Shown here piece after piece: positions 1 to 7,029 of a stretch of 16,430 nt of DNA (the stretch's first letter is position 1; every line of letters starts with the position of its first letter). The stretch covers positions 1 through 16,430 of the forward strand of contig JAWCSL010000012.1 of NCBI GenBank assembly GCA_039090665.1. The letters are read 5' to 3'. The stretch comes from Candidatus Aenigmatarchaeota archaeon. Lineage in GTDB: Archaea > Aenigmatarchaeota > Aenigmatarchaeia > CG10238-14 > SCSR01. Below the pieces are notes generated by a model. The model had not been told where the DNA came from. It saw only the letters and a program-made list of their open reading frames with translations, and made no database searches. The position numbers and the translations under genes were made by a program.

Positions 1-112
1 CTAGCTTTTCGGCCACAGCTTTCCAGATAGGAGCTTTCAGCTCTTTAGATTTTTGTTTTAACTCTTCTATTAGCTGCTTTAAGTAAGGGTTTGTTGGGCC
101 TGTTGGCTTCAT
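1..112 (-). CDS. rpl18e: 50S ribosomal protein L18e, N-terminal part (runs off the window edge)
   Basis: Not in the ORF track. Manual translation from ATG 112 gives MKPTGPTNPYLKQLIEELKQKSKELKAPIWKAVAEKL, the typical archaeal L18e N-terminus. A GAGTGA Shine-Dalgarno (SD)-like motif lies just upstream. Confidence 0.9.
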   Translation of the reverse strand, partial: MKPTGPTNPYLKQLIEELKQKSKELKAPIWKAVAEKL

Positions 113-145
113 TTTATCACTCTCTTAATTTTGGATTAATAGTTT

Positions 146-526
146 TTAAGCTTTTTCAACTCTTATTTTTTCACCACTTTTAACTTTTTTCAAAATTTCC
201 ACAAAATTTTTACTTGTTATCTTTCCGAAAACGTTAACTGGTGAGTAAGCTCTTGGTTTTTCATTTTTTGATACAGGCGTCTTTCCGAAGAAAATGCAAA
301 AACAAGAGCCTTCAATCCAATAAGCTAAATCACCAATTTCAACATCTTGTTGGGAATTTTCTCTTTCAAGCTTGACTGGAATTTCGAAGTAGATTTCTTC
401 ACCCCATAAATTGGCTTTTCCTTCAATTGGCAAAGCTTGAATTATAGATTTTGCTGTTCTTGGGTTTTTCTTTTCGTCTATTTCAGCTTCTAAGCTGCCA
501 TGCTGGGTTTTAATCAAGATTTTCAT
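146..526 (-). CDS. Cyclophilin-like fold protein (TM1367/DUF369-like)
   Basis: Motifs PRTAKSIIQALP, WGEEIYF, GDLAYW, FCIFFGKTP and SPVNVFGK are characteristic of this family. Confidence 0.85.
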   Translation of the reverse strand: MKILIKTQHGSLEAEIDEKKNPRTAKSIIQALPIEGKANLWGEEIYFEIPVKLERENSQQDVEIGDLAYWIEGSCFCIFFGKTPVSKNEKPRAYSPVNVFGKITSKNFVEILKKVKSGEKIRVEKA

Positions 527-609
527 ATATTTTAAGCATTAAATTTACTTAATAAATTCTTGAAAACGAAAGAGTTTTTGGTTTTCATTCATATGGTTTA
601 TAAATTTCA

Positions 610-999
610 TTAGCAAGTTCTGTGGGATCTAAATATATTTGAGATTTTTGTTTTCAGTTTATGAAGAAATACTGAATAATCCTTACAGATTGGTACAATT
701 TTTTCTTCAGGAGTTCCAACATATATGGGTTTACCTATCGACCATTTATAATTAACTCCTCTAACATCAATTTCAAAATCTTTCATATCCTTTCCTACTC
801 TTCTTATTTTCATCCTATACTCCCCTTCAGGATGAGGAACAACTAAGTACTCCACATTAAGATAAGCTGTACCATCTTCATCAAAGCTTAAGGCATATGG
901 CTTAGCATAACCCACCTCTCCTATTTTCATATCTTCTATTCTTTTTTCAACATATGGGGTTTGCTCTCCAAAAGTAGGATGTCCTATTATTTTTCCCAT
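610..999 (-). CDS. Hypothetical protein (129 aa, probably beta-rich)
   Basis: Clean ORF filling the gap between neighbours, with a GTGA SD-like motif upstream. No family recognised. Confidence 0.7.
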   Translation of the reverse strand: MGKIIGHPTFGEQTPYVEKRIEDMKIGEVGYAKPYALSFDEDGTAYLNVEYLVVPHPEGEYRMKIRRVGKDMKDFEIDVRGVNYKWSIGKPIYVGTPEEKIVPICKDYSVFLHKLKTKISNIFRSHRTC

Positions 1000-1111
1000 T
1001 TCACATCCAATATTTAAAGAAATGTTTAATAATTTAAAACCTTCGTCTCTAAAATTTGCTAAAAAGTGAAAAAGCCTTTTTGTGATCTTAGGATAGCAGG
1101 AAGATAAAAAT

Positions 1112-2131
1112 TTAATAACCTGGAAATGTTATATCTTCTTTTTCGTCTACAAACTCTATTCTCATTTCTTTATTCAAGTTGGAAATTTTCGATTTTTCTA
1201 AAACCTCGAACCTAAATAAAGCCGATTTGTACCAGTTTATTCCTTTATTTTCAGATACCTTAAAAGGAAGTCTTTTAACAAAATTTTCATAAGTTAGATC
1301 TCCATAAGTAGTGGGATAAACAGAAAAACCAGGTATCAAATCTGTTATTACACAATTCATCCTTGTTAAGAATTTTTCAATTTCTAACCATTTTTTGATA
1401 GAAGCTTCAGCATGGGTTAAACCAAAATATCCTGAAGAATTCTCCTTTAAAGCAGAAACTCCGCGCAAGACGAAAGCCTTAAGTGCAGTAAGTGTTTCTA
1501 AAGGTTCTGAAGAGAAAACATCAAACTTTCCTAAGAATTTTTTTGGTAAGGGTTCTGCAACATTGTATTCTTGAAACTCTATTTTAAACTTATGTTTTTT
1601 ACTAACTTTTTCTATGAAACTCCCTATTCTTTCATCAATATCCAAAACGAGAATTCTCGAAGGTAAATTTGTGAGAGCTAAAGCTATACTGAGCAAATCA
1701 TCATCTCCTATCAAAATAATTTTCTTTTCTTCTAAATCATTGTTATACTGCATGAAAGCGACTCTTGCTATTACATCAAATTCTTGCATATAGCCTTGGA
1801 AAAATTTTTCTGTTGGCAAAGGTCTTTCCTTTACAATCTTCTTGTATTCTTTTAGAAGCTCTTTTAGTTTTTCGTTTAAAACTATTCTCTTTCCTAAACA
1901 TATATGACAAAGTTCAGGCTCAAGATCCAAACTTTTTTTATTAATAAGGGATCTTCCCTTTTTCGTAAGAGATATTTTTCCCTTCTTACTTTCTATTAAA
2001 CCATCTCTATAAAGGTTTTTTAAAGCATCAATAGAATCTTTTAGCAAAAAATCAGATTTTTCCAGAATTTCCCACACATTTTTAGGAGATTTTGCTATCT
2101 CTTTCAAGATTTTTGTTTTTATTTTTTCCAT
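1112..2131 (-). CDS. bpsA: N4-bis(aminopropyl)spermidine synthase (branched-chain polyamine synthase, DUF43)
   Basis: N-terminal winged-helix-like region, CxxC (CHIC), FFQGY, IGDDDLLS, DIDER and GYFGLTHAEAS motifs. ATG 2131 overlaps the speD stop (TGATG), with SD GGAGGT at 2144-2139. Confidence 0.9.
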   Translation of the reverse strand: MEKIKTKILKEIAKSPKNVWEILEKSDFLLKDSIDALKNLYRDGLIESKKGKISLTKKGRSLINKKSLDLEPELCHICLGKRIVLNEKLKELLKEYKKIVKERPLPTEKFFQGYMQEFDVIARVAFMQYNNDLEEKKIILIGDDDLLSIALALTNLPSRILVLDIDERIGSFIEKVSKKHKFKIEFQEYNVAEPLPKKFLGKFDVFSSEPLETLTALKAFVLRGVSALKENSSGYFGLTHAEASIKKWLEIEKFLTRMNCVITDLIPGFSVYPTTYGDLTYENFVKRLPFKVSENKGINWYKSALFRFEVLEKSKISNLNKEMRIEFVDEKEDITFPGY

Positions 2132-2469
2132 CAACCATACCTCCTTATTATTTTCTTTTTTACTTTTTTTGGCTCAAATTTTTTGACCAACAATTCGAAA
2201 GCTTTAAAGGCATTTTCTTCGCTTCCACAAGTAAAAATGTCAAGAGCCACATAACCAAGCTCAGGCCAAGTGTGGATGCTTAAATGAGATTCTCTTAAAA
2301 GATAAACAGCAGAAACACCAAACGGTTTAAACTGATGGAAACTTGAAGAAACAACTTTTAATCCAGCTTCAGAAATAACACTATCCAAAATTCTTTTAAC
2401 AAGCCTCACTTTTGATATTTTCTCCGGCTTCACCCCCGTGAACTCGACGATAAGGTGAATACTCATCAT
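2131..2469 (-). CDS. speD: S-adenosylmethionine decarboxylase proenzyme (pyruvoyl-dependent)
   Basis: HQFKPFGVS, LLRE-SHLSIHTWPE (self-cleavage site) and ALDIFTCG. Translationally coupled to bpsA, which consumes dcSAM. Start may be 2466, 2469 or 2475. Confidence 0.9.
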   Translation of the reverse strand: MMSIHLIVEFTGVKPEKISKVRLVKRILDSVISEAGLKVVSSSFHQFKPFGVSAVYLLRESHLSIHTWPELGYVALDIFTCGSEENAFKAFELLVKKFEPKKVKKKIIRRYG

Positions 2470-2580
2470 ACCCACCTTTACCGTCGAATCCTGGGAGGTA
2501 AATTATACTACCCACAGCAAATAGCACCTAATTTTTAAATAGGTTGTGAAGAAAAATAAATTTTTTCTCTTCCACTTAAC

Positions 2581-2588
2581 TTTAAGAT
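2581..2588 (+). promoter_or_regulatory. Candidate TATA box for a leaderless reverse gyrase transcript
   Basis: TTTAAGAT about 22 nt upstream of ATG 2610, with no SD before the gene. The region is AT-rich, so support is weak. Confidence 0.35.
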
Positions 2589-2609
2589 ATAATTTTTAAA
2601 TTAAGAATT

Positions 2610-5600
2610 ATGATGGAGTTCGAATACAAAGGACTTTGTCCAAATTGCAATAATACTATAAGTTCTAAAAGATTAGAAAAAGGTTTGCCCTGCGAAATTT
2701 GCTTACCAATGCGTTCAAAAAAAATGAAAGAAGGTTTTCTCACTACTTTTGTTTCAAGAAATAAAGATCTGGAAGAAATTGAGAAAATTTTTCAGAAAGT
2801 TCTGAAGACTAATATGTGGGCTTTGCAAAGATTTTGGACAAGAAGGTTTTTGGAAGGAGAAAGTTTTGCTTTGATTGCCCCAACAGGGAGCGGAAAAACT
2901 ACCATGCAAGTTGTGCTAAGTTTGTATGCTTCTTCGAAGATGAAAAAGAGATGTTTAATAGTTTTACCAACAAGCATCCTTGTCCATCAAGTTAGTCAGA
3001 AATTAATCAATTTTAAAGAAAACCTCAATTTACAAACAGAAATAGCATTCTACCATAGCATGTTAACGAAAAAAGAAAAAGAAGAGCAGATTAAAAAAAT
3101 GACAAAGGCTGATATAATAGTTACTACTCACTTAAGTATAATTAAAAAAGAGGAAATAAATTCGCAAAATGTTGACTTGGTTTTTGTTGATGATGTTGAC
3201 AGTTTTTTAAAAAGAAGTAAAAGCGTTTTGTATGTTTTTAAAATGCTAAAATTGCCCGAAAAAATTAAGGAGGTAATCATAAAAGTATATGAAAAGAAAA
3301 TTGAGTTAAAAGAAGCTTTACAAAAAATAGAAAAAATTAAGGATGAAGAAGAAGTTAAGTGTCAAGTTATAGTAAGTGGAGCCACACCAAAAGGAAAAAG
3401 GACCAAAAGCATTCTTATTTTAACTAGACTTTTTGACTTTACTCTTGGTGGTAAAGTTGAATTTGGAAGAAAAATCTTGGATTCTTATCTTAAGCCAAAA
3501 AGATCTTTGGAAGAAGAAGTTGTAGAAATAATCAAAAAAATTGGGAGTGGAGCATTAATTTTCGTTCCTACCGACAAGGGAAGCGATTTTGCTGAAAGAT
3601 TGGAGAAATATTTAGAAGGAAAAAACATAAAAGCAAGAGCTTTCCTCAAACCAAACAAAAAATACTTTGAAATGTTTGAGAAAGGTGAGCTGGATTGTTT
3701 GATAGGGATAGCAACTCTAAGAAGCCCTTTAGTTAGAGGAATAGATTTGCCACATAGAATAAGGTATGCTATTTTTGCAGGCATTCCGAAGTTTTTGATA
3801 AGAATTAACCTTCAAGAGTTTCATCCTACAAAATGGCTTATGCTTCTGAACAATATTTCCAATGCTATAGGAGAAGAGTATAAAAAAGAGTTTGAAAATT
3901 TGATTCAAAAGTTGGCCAAAATCAAAACTCTAAATTTAGAACAATTAAAAATTGTTAGGGAAGCCCTGAAAGATAATAAAAAATTGGAAGGTTTCCTTGA
4001 GTATGTAAAAGGAGTTGCTTTAAAGGGAATGGAGTTCTTTCAAAAAATACTCAAAGATGAAAATGTACTTAAAGCTTTAAAAGATTCATCTACGATATCG
4101 TTTGGGGTTGAAAAAGACGAGTATTATTTTTTAGTAGTTGATGAGGTTGCTTACATTCAAGCAAGTGGAAGAACAAGTAGACTTTATATAGCAGGCTTAA
4201 CAAAAGGATTGAGTGTTGTTGTTATAGATGATGAAAAAGCTTTTAATAATCTTAAAAAAGAGCTTAGCTACCTCGAAGAAATAGAGTGGAAGAATTTTGA
4301 AGAAATTGATTTGTCTTCTTTGATAAAGGAAATAGACGAAGATAGAGAAAAAGTATTGTTAGCACAAGAAGGTAAGCTTAAGGTTGAGGAAAAAATTTCG
4401 CTTTCTACTCTTCTTTTCATAGTGGAATCACCCAATAAAGCAAGGACTATAGCAAGGTATTTTGGTAGGCCTTTCAGAAAAACTATAGGAGATTTGAAAA
4501 CTTTTGAAGTGTTTATTGAGAATTCTTTAGCCATAATAACAGCAAGCAAAGGACATATCACTGATTTAGATTTAGTTGAAGGTTTATTTGGAGTTAAAGT
4601 TAATAATGAATTCGTTCCTGTTTATAGAGCAATCAAAAAATGTTTGCATTGTGAAAGAGAAATTGAAAACGATGTTTGTTCTTTTTGCAACAAAAAAGAT
4701 TTTGTTACTTCTGAACAAAGGATTAAAATTTTGAGAAAGATTGCGAGCTTGGTTGATAAAGTAGTAATAGGTACAGATCCTGATGCTGAAGGAGAAAAAA
4801 TAGCTTTTGACCTGTATCTTTTGCTCAAACCTTTTAATCAAAACATAAAGAGAGCGAGATTTCATGAAGTCACGAAGAAAGGAATTATTAACAGTTTGAA
4901 AAACTTGGAAGATTTTGATGTTAAGCTAGTAGAAGCACAAGTTGTGAGAAGAATTCAAGATAGATGGATAGGCTTTAGCATAAGTCCTGTGCTTTGGAAA
5001 ATTTTCAATAATAACAGATTGTCGGCAGGTAGAGTTCAAACCCCTGTGTTAGGTTGGATATATGAAAGAACTAAAAAATTGAAAGAAAAGCAAGAATTGA
5101 TAAACATTACTTTAAAAAATGGTTTAAAGCTCTCTTTTAAAAGTGAGCTCGGAACATGGAAAAAAATTTTGAAAAACAGAACTGTAGAAATTCTTAGAGT
5201 AGAGAAAAAAGTTGAGGAACTTAGCCCATATCCTCCTTTTACAACAGATACTTTAATTTCTGCTCTTACTTCTTCTTTGAAAATTGATGCAAATGAAGCT
5301 ATGAAAATAGCTCAAAAACTTTTCGAAAGTGGTTTGATAACTTATCACAGAACTAGCAGCACTACTGTGAGCAATACAGGAATAGCTTTGGCAAAAGACT
5401 ATATTTCTTCAAAATTTGGTGATGCTTTTGTTAAGGAAAGGAAATGGCAAAGTGAAGGAGCTCATGAATGCATTAGACCTACAAAAGCTATAGATTTGGA
5501 AAAATTAAGGAGTATGATAGCTCTTAAAACAATTAGGATTGCTTTAAGCGAGCAAGAGCTTAAAGCTTATGACATAATTTTCAAGAGATTTATTGCAAGT

Positions 5601-6116
5601 CAAATGAAACCTACAAAAGTAGAGAAGATTTACATAAAAGTATTGATAGCAGGAAAAGAGTTAGACTTCGAGTTTTTGACAAGAATATTAGAGCATGGTT
5701 TTTCAAAAATTGCTCCTGTTTATGCGAAAGAAATTCCTGAAGTTAAGGAAGGGAAACACTGGATTTCTTTCGTAAGAAAAAAAGTAGTCCAAGCTTACCA
5801 TCCGTTTACTTATTCTGAAATAGTTTCTATGATGAAGGAAAAAGGTATAGGGAGACCTTCCACTTATGCCAAAATTTTGGAAATTTTGAAGAAAAGAGGA
5901 TATGTTAAAGAAGTGAACAAAAGGCTTATTTCGACTTTGCTTGGTGCGAAGGTTTATTTCTTCTTGAATAAAAATTACGGAAAATATTTGGATGAGAAAT
6001 TAACAAAACTTTTGGAAGAAAAAATGGATAAGATTGAAAGAGGTGAAGTTAAGGCTCAAGAAGCTATAAAAGAGTTTTTTACTGAAGTCAGGGAAATAAT
6101 GAAAAGTAGTGCATGA
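2610..6116 (+). CDS. rgy: Reverse gyrase (SF2 helicase-like domain plus type IA topoisomerase)
   Basis: N-terminal Zn finger CPNC..CEIC, Walker A APTGSGKT, DDVD, RGIDLP, YIQASGRTSR, TOPRIM IVESPNKA, second Zn finger CLHC..CSFC, DPDAEGE, SAGRVQTP, catalytic ITYHRT and GIGRPSTY. Confidence 0.98.
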   Translation: MMEFEYKGLCPNCNNTISSKRLEKGLPCEICLPMRSKKMKEGFLTTFVSRNKDLEEIEKIFQKVLKTNMWALQRFWTRRFLEGESFALIAPTGSGKTTMQVVLSLYASSKMKKRCLIVLPTSILVHQVSQKLINFKENLNLQTEIAFYHSMLTKKEKEEQIKKMTKADIIVTTHLSIIKKEEINSQNVDLVFVDDVDSFLKRSKSVLYVFKMLKLPEKIKEVIIKVYEKKIELKEALQKIEKIKDEEEVKCQVIVSGATPKGKRTKSILILTRLFDFTLGGKVEFGRKILDSYLKPKRSLEEEVVEIIKKIGSGALIFVPTDKGSDFAERLEKYLEGKNIKARAFLKPNKKYFEMFEKGELDCLIGIATLRSPLVRGIDLPHRIRYAIFAGIPKFLIRINLQEFHPTKWLMLLNNISNAIGEEYKKEFENLIQKLAKIKTLNLEQLKIVREALKDNKKLEGFLEYVKGVALKGMEFFQKILKDENVLKALKDSSTISFGVEKDEYYFLVVDEVAYIQASGRTSRLYIAGLTKGLSVVVIDDEKAFNNLKKELSYLEEIEWKNFEEIDLSSLIKEIDEDREKVLLAQEGKLKVEEKISLSTLLFIVESPNKARTIARYFGRPFRKTIGDLKTFEVFIENSLAIITASKGHITDLDLVEGLFGVKVNNEFVPVYRAIKKCLHCEREIENDVCSFCNKKDFVTSEQRIKILRKIASLVDKVVIGTDPDAEGEKIAFDLYLLLKPFNQNIKRARFHEVTKKGIINSLKNLEDFDVKLVEAQVVRRIQDRWIGFSISPVLWKIFNNNRLSAGRVQTPVLGWIYERTKKLKEKQELINITLKNGLKLSFKSELGTWKKILKNRTVEILRVEKKVEELSPYPPFTTDTLISALTSSLKIDANEAMKIAQKLFESGLITYHRTSSTTVSNTGIALAKDYISSKFGDAFVKERKWQSEGAHECIRPTKAIDLEKLRSMIALKTIRIALSEQELKAYDIIFKRFIASQMKPTKVEKIYIKVLIAGKELDFEFLTRILEHGFSKIAPVYAKEIPEVKEGKHWISFVRKKVVQAYHPFTYSEIVSMMKEKGIGRPSTYAKILEILKKRGYVKEVNKRLISTLLGAKVYFFLNKNYGKYLDEKLTKLLEEKMDKIERGEVKAQEAIKEFFTEVREIMKSSA

Positions 6117-6326
6117 AAAGTTGTTGTGTAAAAATTTAAGAGTTTATGAAATACTAATCAAGATTAAAATAGTACTCCTTAACTTGAACAGGGAAAAACT
6201 TTGGAAAGAAAGACTTTCTGAAAAATTGAGAAAATTTTGAAAAAGAAAGAGAAATCAGAATAGTCAAGTTTGATAAAAAAACTCATAAAAGAGATAGGAA
6301 AAACATGGGAAAAGTTCATCATCTAG

Positions 6327-6508
6327 TGCGCCAGCCGGGATTTTCATTGAGTGAGGACAGCAATTTTAACATTTTTCTCAGGACGTAAAAAACTACTTCA
6401 CATGTGTGTATGAATTCTTATCAAAGCCTTAAACATATCCTCACTCAAATTTGAACCCGGGTCCCAAGCTTGGGAAGCTCGTGTCCTACCAGGCTAGACT
6501 ACTGGCGC
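6327..6508 (-). tRNA. tRNA-Gly(CCC) with a 109-nt intron at position 59/60 (exon 1 6508-6450, exon 2 6340-6327)
   Basis: Spliced product GCGCCAGTAGTCTAGCCTGGTAGGACACGAGCTTCCCAAGCTTGGGACCCGGGTTCAAA|TCCCGGCTGGCGCA (73 nt). Acceptor stem GCGCCAG/CTGGCGC, anticodon arm CGAGC-TTCCCAA-GCTTG, T stem CCGGG/CCCGG. CCA is not encoded. Confidence 0.93.
6341..6449 (-). other. tRNA intron (109 nt) bounded by a canonical bulge-helix-bulge
   Basis: T stem, then AAT bulge, TTCA:TGAA 4-bp helix, AAT bulge, and the 11-bp perfect stem TTGAGTGAGGA:TCCTCACTCAA. Confidence 0.9.
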
Positions 6509-6593
6509 ACGTTTTCTTAACTCCTTAAATTATCTTAAACACTTCATTTAAAAAATCTTTTTTCTAAAAAAGTTTGCTGACTTAAAGCATAAA

Positions 6594-6608
6594 TATAACC
6601 AAGTTATA
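6594..6608. promoter_or_regulatory. Palindromic operator candidate TATAAC-N3-GTTATA
   Basis: Perfect 6-bp inverted repeat 9 nt upstream of the HTH gene start, overlapping the AT-rich promoter zone. Confidence 0.55.
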
Positions 6609-6617
6609 AAGAATATC

Positions 6618-6920
6618 ATGTCAGTGCTTTGCGAAGTTATGGTAAGACAAATAATCCCTGCAGTTAGAGTCAAAGTAGCCAAGCAACTTTACACTAAAGG
6701 TCTAAAACAAGAAGAAATAGCAAAAAAGCTTGGCTTAACTCAAGCTGCCATAAGCAAATATTTGTCAGGAAAATACACACAAGAAGTAAGAAAGTTGGAA
6801 AAAAGTGAAGCTGTGAAGAAAATTTCTGATAAAATAGTTAAAGCAATCCTCAAAAAATCTTTCAAGAGCTCTGACTTCCAAAAAATTGTTTGTGAATATT
6901 GCAAGAAAGAGGTGAAATGA
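6618..6920 (+). CDS. XRE-type HTH transcriptional regulator (COG2522-like) with an N-terminal Cys and C-terminal CxxC
   Basis: CEVMVRQIIPAVR, GLKQEEIAKKLGLTQAAISKYLSGK (HTH) and CEYC. Confidence 0.85.
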   Translation: MSVLCEVMVRQIIPAVRVKVAKQLYTKGLKQEEIAKKLGLTQAAISKYLSGKYTQEVRKLEKSEAVKKISDKIVKAILKKSFKSSDFQKIVCEYCKKEVK

Positions 6921-6924
6921 TTTA

Positions 6925-7026
6925 ATGAACTTTGATGTTGATAAGATAGAATTCCCTGAAAAGAAGAAAAAGTACAAAAGAGTTTATAAGAAAGGATTCA
7001 GGAGAAAAAGCATCGTGAGGTTGTGA
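6925..7026 (+). CDS. Small basic ORF, 33 aa (MNFDVDKIEFPEKKKKYKRVYKKGFRRKSIVRL)
   Basis: Strong SD GAGGTGA (6909-6915) 9 nt before ATG 6925. The stop ends 3 nt before the iscS start. Too short for the ORF track. Confidence 0.45.
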   Translation: MNFDVDKIEFPEKKKKYKRVYKKGFRRKSIVRL

Positions 7027-7029
7027 AGA

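Noticed and set aside
2792..4865. Several minus-strand ORFs inside reverse gyrase
   Set aside because: Antisense shadows of a well-supported gene with no recognisable motifs.
2610..6116. Intein in reverse gyrase
   Set aside because: The length is normal for an intein-free enzyme, and I saw no intein splice-junction or LAGLIDADG motifs.
6378..6426. Canonical box C/D guide RNA inside the Gly intron
   Set aside because: There is only one CTGA, the C boxes are degenerate, no credible D' box exists, and the putative guide has no complement in either tRNA here. Kept only as a weak hypothesis.
6327..6508. Permuted tRNA or prophage-disrupted tRNA
   Set aside because: The exons are in normal 5'-to-3' order, no tRNA segment is duplicated, and the BHB explains the junction exactly.
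6594..6608. SurR binding site
   Set aside because: SurR sites are GTT-N3-AAC, whereas this palindrome has the opposite arrangement, AAC-N3-GTT.
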